Part shown: one piece after another, positions 58,405 to 64,000 of the stretch
Numbering within the stretch: position 1 is the stretch's first letter
Layout of the letters: each line of letters opens with the position of its first letter
Assembly (NCBI GenBank): GCA_963802945.1
Contig: CAWDKY010000016.1
Location: 224,001-288,000, forward strand
DNA: 64,000 nucleotides
Reading direction: 5' to 3'
Source: an uncultured delta proteobacterium
GTDB lineage: Bacteria; Desulfobacterota; RBG-13-43-22
Made by a program: the position numbers and the translations under genes
The notes under the pieces: model-generated
Told to the model about the DNA's origin: nothing
Databases searched by the model: none
What the model saw: only the letters and a program-made list of their open reading frames with translations

Positions 58405-58521
58405 ACTTCCTTCTCCTCTTGTGTTGAATTGTTAACTGCCTAGTATGCAGATCAGCAACTGGGGCTTAGTCGCGGTCTGCTGGATTTGTTTGTCGGCTTT
58501 ATTATAACTTTTATGGACACT

Positions 58522-58914
58522 TTATTTTAGCATAGCTATGCAATCAATCTCAACCCGAGCACCAAGGGCCAGACCGGTGGCTCCAAAGGCACTGCGGGCA
58601 GGAAAATGCTTGGGGAAAAAATTAACATAGACTTTATTCATTTCCGCCCATTCATCCATATTGGCCAGCATGACGGTGACCTTGACAACCTGATCGAGAG
58701 ACGAGCCATGGCGTTTCAGTGCGGACTTGATGTTCTCCATGGTTTGCCTGGTTTCTTCCGAAATACCGCCCGGAACAATTTTCCCGGAATGATCCATCCC
58801 GAGCTGACCCGACAGATAGAGCATATTCCCGACACGCACTGCTTCGGAAAAAGGATAACCTTTCATACTTTCTGAGGATAAATATTCAATACCCGATGGA
58901 TATTCAGCGCCCAT
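58522..58914 (-). CDS. RidA/YjgF family protein
   Basis: PFSEAVRVGNMLYLSGQLG, MNKVY, PARS, LALGARVEIDCIA. Confidence 0.94.
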   Translation of the reverse strand: MGAEYPSGIEYLSSESMKGYPFSEAVRVGNMLYLSGQLGMDHSGKIVPGGISEETRQTMENIKSALKRHGSSLDQVVKVTVMLANMDEWAEMNKVYVNFFPKHFPARSAFGATGLALGARVEIDCIAMLK

Positions 58915-59058
58915 CTTGTGTACCTTGAATTAGGATTCTTTTACCTATCTACTCCACAGCCGTTGTTATTAACGATGAACCTTTAAACATGATAATTTAA
59001 ATATCATGTTTATTTTATCATATCCAAAGGAAAATGGTGTAAATGTTTTAGCAATTTT

Positions 59059-59086
59059 TTGACTTGAGATCCCAAAATGATATCAT
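59059..59086 (+). promoter_or_regulatory. Probable sigma70 promoter (extended -10) of the acyl-CoA dehydrogenase gene
   Basis: TTGACT-16-TATCAT with a TG extension. Confidence 0.5.
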
Positions 59087-59279
59087 TTGTTTAGGGCTTT
59101 GAAACACAATTCTGAAAAGAAACCTGACAGGTTACAGTAAATTACCCATTTTTCCCCTTCAACCTGCTCATTGAAAATTTTTCTTGTAACCTGGAGTTGA
59201 ATGACGTATTTAGAAGGATGCTCAAGGTGGGGCAGGCGATTTCCTGTTTCCACAGTTTATTAAAAGGAGAATGTGATCT

Positions 59280-60899
59280 ATGGCTAGTCAACCGAAAATG
59301 GACCCTGAAACACTTTCCATGGTGTTGGATACCCTGGCGAAACTTGAAAAAGAGCGAATCACTCCAAGCATCAAATTGGAAATGGATGAAAAAGGTGAAT
59401 TTCCCATGGAACTTATTCGTTTCATGCAAGGCCCGGAGATTGCGCTGCATCTCATCTTTATCCCTGTAGAATATGGTGGACTCGGCGCCGGCGCTAGGGA
59501 GATCGCCATTGTTTCCGAAAAAATGGCCAAGATCGATCTGGGCATAGCCACTTCTTTTTTGGCGATTTGTCTGGGAATGGATCCCATTATGGTCGGGGCT
59601 ACCCCTGAGCAAAAAGAAAAGTATATCACTAAAATCGCGGAGCAAGGCTTTATTGTCGCTTATGGCGTGACGGAACCCGAGGCCGGTTCCAATGTCCAGG
59701 CTCTTAAAACAAAGGCCGAAAGGGTCTTGGATGCCGGCGGCAGGATTATCGGTTATAAACTGAACGGTCAAAAGCAGTTCATTACCAACGGAGGCGTAGC
59801 CGATCTTTATACGATTCTGGCGGATACGCCTGAAGGCCCTTCATTTTTTATCGTGGAGAAAGGGGCCAAGGGTCTTATTCCCGGAAAACATGAAGATAAG
59901 CACGGCATAAGGGCTTCGGACACTTGTCCCATCACCTTGGAAGATTTGTTTGTGCCGGTCGAGAATCTGATTGGCGGAGTAGAAGGACAGGGGCTTAAAG
60001 AGGCCAATCAGGTGTTCGGTTATACACGCCTCATGGTGGCTACTTTTGGTCTGGGCGGCGGCATGGCCGCTTTGGAGAAGACGATCGCTTATGCCAAAAA
60101 AAGAGTGCAATTCAATAAGCCCTTGGTGGAGAAGCAAGGATATACGCACCAATTATTGGTGCCCAATGCCGTGCGCCTGGAGGCGGCCCGGGCTTATATC
60201 GAACAGGTAGCCGAGCGACTCGACTCCGGTGAGACCGATCTGCAAGTCGAAGGTTCGATCGCCAAATACTTTGCGACCGAGGTCGGCGATGCCATGGCCA
60301 ATGACGCCATTCAGGGTCTTGGCGGGTACGGGTTTATCCGTGAATATGAAGTTGAGAAAATCAAAAGGGATATTAAAATCACAACTATTTTTGAAGGCAC
60401 CAGCGAGATCCAGCGGAACATTATTTCTACTTTTCGATTGCGCGACACGGTACGCTCCAAAGGCGGATATTACGCGACCAAAGCTGCCGATCTTGAGCAG
60501 ATGGAAGAAGAGATTGGCGGCCGTTGGCTGGCTCCCGGCCTCCGGCTTATCAATGAAATCATCCAGGGGGCCCGCAAGACCAAACTGACCAAATCCCAAT
60601 ATGTCATGTTCCTTTTGGCGGATATGATGACCTGGGGTGAAACGGCCCATGCCCTTTGCCGGAAAGCCGTTCACTATGAAGGCCGGGAGAGAACATCCGA
60701 ATTCATGAAAGCTGCCGCCCGTTTATTTGTTAATGAAACACTCGGGAAGATCTATTTTAATGGCCTCAAGATCTCCCAGGGTTACGAAGCGGATATGGAG
60801 GATCTGGCGGAAAAACTCAAAACACTGGATCTTGGCGGAGCCGCTAAGGGATATCTGAAAGATATGGACTTGATCGCAGCCGAATTAGTGCGATCCTAA
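59280..60899 (+). CDS. Acyl-CoA dehydrogenase with C-terminal extension
   Basis: YGVTEPEAGS, LNGQKQFITNG, KHGIRAS, GGYGF, IFEGTSEIQR. Confidence 0.94.
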   Translation: MASQPKMDPETLSMVLDTLAKLEKERITPSIKLEMDEKGEFPMELIRFMQGPEIALHLIFIPVEYGGLGAGAREIAIVSEKMAKIDLGIATSFLAICLGMDPIMVGATPEQKEKYITKIAEQGFIVAYGVTEPEAGSNVQALKTKAERVLDAGGRIIGYKLNGQKQFITNGGVADLYTILADTPEGPSFFIVEKGAKGLIPGKHEDKHGIRASDTCPITLEDLFVPVENLIGGVEGQGLKEANQVFGYTRLMVATFGLGGGMAALEKTIAYAKKRVQFNKPLVEKQGYTHQLLVPNAVRLEAARAYIEQVAERLDSGETDLQVEGSIAKYFATEVGDAMANDAIQGLGGYGFIREYEVEKIKRDIKITTIFEGTSEIQRNIISTFRLRDTVRSKGGYYATKAADLEQMEEEIGGRWLAPGLRLINEIIQGARKTKLTKSQYVMFLLADMMTWGETAHALCRKAVHYEGRERTSEFMKAAARLFVNETLGKIYFNGLKISQGYEADMEDLAEKLKTLDLGGAAKGYLKDMDLIAAELVRS

Positions 60900-61239
60900 G
60901 GCCATTAAATCGGCCCGAGAGCGCCGATCAGTGCAAATCATAAATCGGGAGACCTTACTTATTTCTCAACCAGAAAATTATAAAAGATGTATGGTCTACC
61001 CCGATTTCTTAATTTTACACCGTACACCTTGTGTTCTAATAGATTGTCAAGTGATATAAGATACCCCGGGACGCTACAACTCTTCAAAAAAGCTGGCCCC
61101 AAAAATTAACGATTACGTTTGTACTCTTCTGATTTTTTCAAAATCAAATTTTGGGGGAAGAAGTCATCATCGAGCTTGACAATGCCTATATAGACAAATC
61201 ATGATTTTCACACCAAAGTTCATAGAAGGTTACCCCGAC

Positions 61240-61620
61240 CTACTTCAGCCACTGGACGTATTCAATCACATTGTTGTCCGGGTCACTGATGTAAATCCAC
61301 TTTGACTCGGCGTTTTCCAGCGGCCCTTTAATGACCGGGATATGATGTTCCTCGATCAACCGGAGTGTCTGGTTCATGTCCTCGCTGGTGAGGGCCAGAT
61401 GCGGACAATACGGCGGCTTGATCGTCGGCTTGGCGAAGGGTTTGCCATCCAGCCAGTGAAGCAATTCCAGGTTTCCGCCGGTTAGTTCCAGAAAGGCATA
61501 ATCCTCTTGTTCTTCGATGTTCACCTTTCGGAAGAGGAGCCTCAGGCCCAATACCTGGGTGTAGAACCTAATGGACTGATCCATATTAGAGACTTCAAAA
61601 GCCACATGATCGTTCTTCAT
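61240..61620 (-). CDS. VOC/glyoxalase family protein
   Basis: DHVAFEVSNM..SIRFY, LELL, HLAL, DPDNNVIE. Confidence 0.92.
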   Translation of the reverse strand: MKNDHVAFEVSNMDQSIRFYTQVLGLRLLFRKVNIEEQEDYAFLELTGGNLELLHWLDGKPFAKPTIKPPYCPHLALTSEDMNQTLRLIEEHHIPVIKGPLENAESKWIYISDPDNNVIEYVQWLK

Positions 61621-61633
61621 AATTAATGCCCTC

Positions 61634-61822
61634 TAACAGGTTGCTGAAAAAGGCCCATCAATCCCGCCAAGGGCGGGATTGCCCTCATCCCTCCCCGCTT
61701 TTCAGCGGGGCAGGCTTATTGCGACGTACTTCTATGTACGCCTCATTCCTCAAAATTTCTGGCGCCTTGTATCTGGACCTTTATGAGCAACCTGTGAAAT
61801 ATGAGTTTTTCCGCAGACTATT
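61634..61822. mobile_element. MITE-like element with nested IS-type ends and two micro-palindrome inserts
   Basis: Left end TAACAGGTTGCTGAAAAAGG; internal inverted copy CCTTTATGAGCAACCTG (61778-94); outer end TTTTTCCGCAGACTATTA. Confidence 0.7.
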
Positions 61823-61839
61823 AAAAGACCGGGTCGTTT

Positions 61840-62823
61840 CTATCTCTTATCCTGCCAGGATAAAATCGTCTTCCCAATCCATTGATCGGCAGTCAAAAGA
61901 ATGGATAAATGATTTTCTTTTTTTATTATTTGGCTTATCGATTTCTTTTGTATCTCACTATCGGCATAAGTTGCATATCTGATGACTTTTTCAGGCACAA
62001 ACAAGTCGTCATTGGCTCCGATGAATAATCCAAAGGGCTTATCTATTTTCCTGAACTGCTCCTGCGGATTATCCGGTGTCATTGATAAAGACATATTGCG
62101 CGTAATGGATTTCAGTAGCAGAGGTTGTGCCGCCCGGACTTTCTCTGGGTAATTAAAAAAAACCGCCTGCGTGTTTCCCAAAAATCGCCCACCGGAGATG
62201 GCCGATATGATAAAAACCCATTTTTTAACAGAGACAAAGGAGTTTTTTGTATTAACGCGGCTGGTGTCGGATTTATATCCCAATTGCGGGGAGACAAAGA
62301 AATAACCGTCGACATCTTCTTTCTTATTCCAGGCTGAATAATTTAATATCAGTCCGCCGCCGGAAGAATGCCCGCCCAGATATAACGGAATTCCCGGATT
62401 ATTTTTTCGTATAGTCGTGATAAACAGGCTAAGATCAGTCCATACCTGCTCAACGGAAGGAGCGTCACCACGAGGGCCGCCGGAATGACCATGACCCCGT
62501 AAATCAACAAGGTATACAGCGGTTCGATATTTTTCACTCAACCCTTTGGCCAGATATTGATAGCCGGCCTCACTATAAGCACCACCCCCATGGAAAAATA
62601 TTAACAAAGCAATCGGTTTTGTTGGCGGAAGTTTTGTATAATAGGCCAGATCGATGCCGTCAGAGGCTTTAAGAAATTGTGGTTTGTCTAGGAAAACCTT
62701 TTGTTCGTTCTGTAGTTCCTTAAAAGATATTGGCGTTGATTGATCCTTAGATTTGCATCTCACCATAAAAACAGCTATCAAAAAAATAAGAAGAAATAGA
62801 AAAATAAGGTTTGCTTTTGTCAT
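61840..62823 (-). CDS. Alpha/beta hydrolase (lysophospholipase-like), exported or lipoprotein
   Basis: FHGGG, DLRGHGHS, GHSSGG nucleophile elbow, His in ENHLS. Confidence 0.88.
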   Translation of the reverse strand: MTKANLIFLFLLIFLIAVFMVRCKSKDQSTPISFKELQNEQKVFLDKPQFLKASDGIDLAYYTKLPPTKPIALLIFFHGGGAYSEAGYQYLAKGLSEKYRTAVYLVDLRGHGHSGGPRGDAPSVEQVWTDLSLFITTIRKNNPGIPLYLGGHSSGGGLILNYSAWNKKEDVDGYFFVSPQLGYKSDTSRVNTKNSFVSVKKWVFIISAISGGRFLGNTQAVFFNYPEKVRAAQPLLLKSITRNMSLSMTPDNPQEQFRKIDKPFGLFIGANDDLFVPEKVIRYATYADSEIQKKSISQIIKKENHLSILLTADQWIGKTILSWQDKR

Positions 62824-62921
62824 AGTTTGTTCCCTCTATATAATAATATTACTAAGACTCGATTTTTGAACAATGTTAAACGATCTTCATCTGTTAACGT
62901 GGCCCGGCCTCGAATTCAAAT

Positions 62922-63926
62922 TTATCGGTTTGATGAATGGACAAACCAGTTGATAGCGTCCGCGACCTGAGCGGGCTGATCAAAGTTGTCGAAGTGGCTG
63001 GCATTCGTGACCCATTTGATCTGGACCTTAGGGCATTTCGTCGCAAGATCGGCAAAAATAGACGGCGGCTGTGCCGGGTCGCGGCCAGCCTGCAGTTGAA
63101 GTACCGGGAACGGGAAGTTGTTGTTGCAGATTTTGCCGAGGGCGGTGTCCAAATCCCAGTTGTTGCGCTTGAAATACTTCGGGTTCATTTCGGCGACTCC
63201 CGGTCGAGAAAACTCATAAACCAGATAATCGCGATCAATCTGCCGGAATGGGGTGGTCATGCGGCTGCCATAGACAAGGTCAATGAACCGGCCGGGATCC
63301 CGCATCAAATAGGTGGCAATCCAGTTATTCTGGAAAAGCAGCCATTGGGGTTTTTGAATATATTTGGCCCATTTGTTGCTTTGTTGAATCAAATCCGCTT
63401 CCATACGGACATAACCCAAAATATGATCCTGGTGATCGCTAACCATCACACTGCCGATGATCGTGCCCCAGTCATGCGAGACAACATAATATTTGTCAAT
63501 GCCCAGGCTATCCATGAAATCTACAATTTTCTGAGCCACATAGTGCCAGTTAAAATTCCTATCTTGCAGGTCGGAACGCCCGTAACCCTTCATGTCAATG
63601 GCGATCAGACGGTAATGATGATCGACCTGGGGCAGCACATAGCGCCAGGAGTACCAGCCTTCCGGAAGTCCATGCAAGAAAAGAATCACACGGCCGTCGG
63701 GGTTGCCTTCGTCAACATAGTGCCATTTGATTCCATTCACCACCCGGTCATGATGGTTGAACCGGGCATCGATGGCATCGTGTTTGGGTTGGAATTCGGC
63801 GCGAAAACGGTCGTACTTTCCGGCCAGTTCCTTGGCCCTATGCGGTGCATAGATCCAGACAAAAGCGGCCACTAAAATTCCAATTGCCACCAAAATCAAA
63901 ACAAACCATTTCAATATGTTTTTCAT
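62922..63926 (-). CDS. Alpha/beta hydrolase, epoxide hydrolase-like, with N-terminal anchor
   Basis: LHGLPE, DMKGYGRS, SHDWG (Asp nucleophile), ASHF. Confidence 0.9.
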   Translation of the reverse strand: MKNILKWFVLILVAIGILVAAFVWIYAPHRAKELAGKYDRFRAEFQPKHDAIDARFNHHDRVVNGIKWHYVDEGNPDGRVILFLHGLPEGWYSWRYVLPQVDHHYRLIAIDMKGYGRSDLQDRNFNWHYVAQKIVDFMDSLGIDKYYVVSHDWGTIIGSVMVSDHQDHILGYVRMEADLIQQSNKWAKYIQKPQWLLFQNNWIATYLMRDPGRFIDLVYGSRMTTPFRQIDRDYLVYEFSRPGVAEMNPKYFKRNNWDLDTALGKICNNNFPFPVLQLQAGRDPAQPPSIFADLATKCPKVQIKWVTNASHFDNFDQPAQVADAINWFVHSSNR

Positions 63927-64000
63927 GATGATGAGTTCCCCATTTTTGATTCGAACACTATAACGGTGTGAGGTCGAACCAGAAAATTTTAATAAATCTT

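Noticed and set aside
60942-61007. Imperfect inverted repeat AAATCGGGAGACCTTAC / GTATGGTCTACCCCGATTT (similar half-motif near 19526)
   Set aside because: May be an eroded element end or terminator, but too degenerate to assign
62937-63875. 312-aa ORF on + strand
   Set aside because: Lies entirely antisense to a clear epoxide-hydrolase-like gene; no motifs; typical shadow ORF
1-64000. CRISPR array, rRNA, prophage, integron integrase, selABCD
   Set aside because: No regularly spaced identical repeats with unique spacers, no rRNA-like tract, and no phage, tyrosine-recombinase or Sec-machinery motifs found among the ORFs
61200-64000. Co-oriented accessory genes as a third cassette array
   Set aside because: Isolated AAC/GTT cores (61631, 63968) but no convincing attC palindromes or matching ends

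Overview
A 64-kb chromosomal window from an anaerobic Gram-negative bacterium; gene content and repeat style suggest a Desulfobacterota (deltaproteobacterial) genome, which is an inference. The housekeeping backbone is a probable pfk 3' end, tsaD, ccsA/ccsB, serS, queD, tRNA-Met, csp, livKHMGF, etfBA, mltD, lgt, tRNA-Arg, pncA, mlaEFD, lolA, ftsK, rnj and plsC, interleaved with acyl-CoA, hydrolase and toxin-antitoxin genes. Main signals missed by the ORF track: (1) a DUF1573-type exported protein split by an in-frame UGA at the Cys position of its CGC motif and followed by a SECIS-like hairpin (candidate selenoprotein, 7957-8640); (2) an integrase-less integron cassette array (about 20.6-24.4 kb) with two cassettes whose ends match exactly, carrying a nuclease-like gene and a DUF5677-like gene, an IR-flanked Y1 (RAYT-type) transposase that cuts into an attC, tag, and a homologue of cyanobacterial fluorescence recovery protein; (3) a layered set of small repeats: REP-like palindromes wrapped in three different MITE-type ends, one inserted in another REP with a TTC duplication, and 7/8-mer tandem arrays, one pair of which flanks an internally deleted four-helix-bundle gene; (4) a structured, terminator-containing leader before csp; (5) an MCE operon ending in a WP-repeat lipoprotein. 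Several small frameshifts, including one in ftsK, suggest assembly indel errors. All family calls come from reading motifs by eye; no database searches were run.
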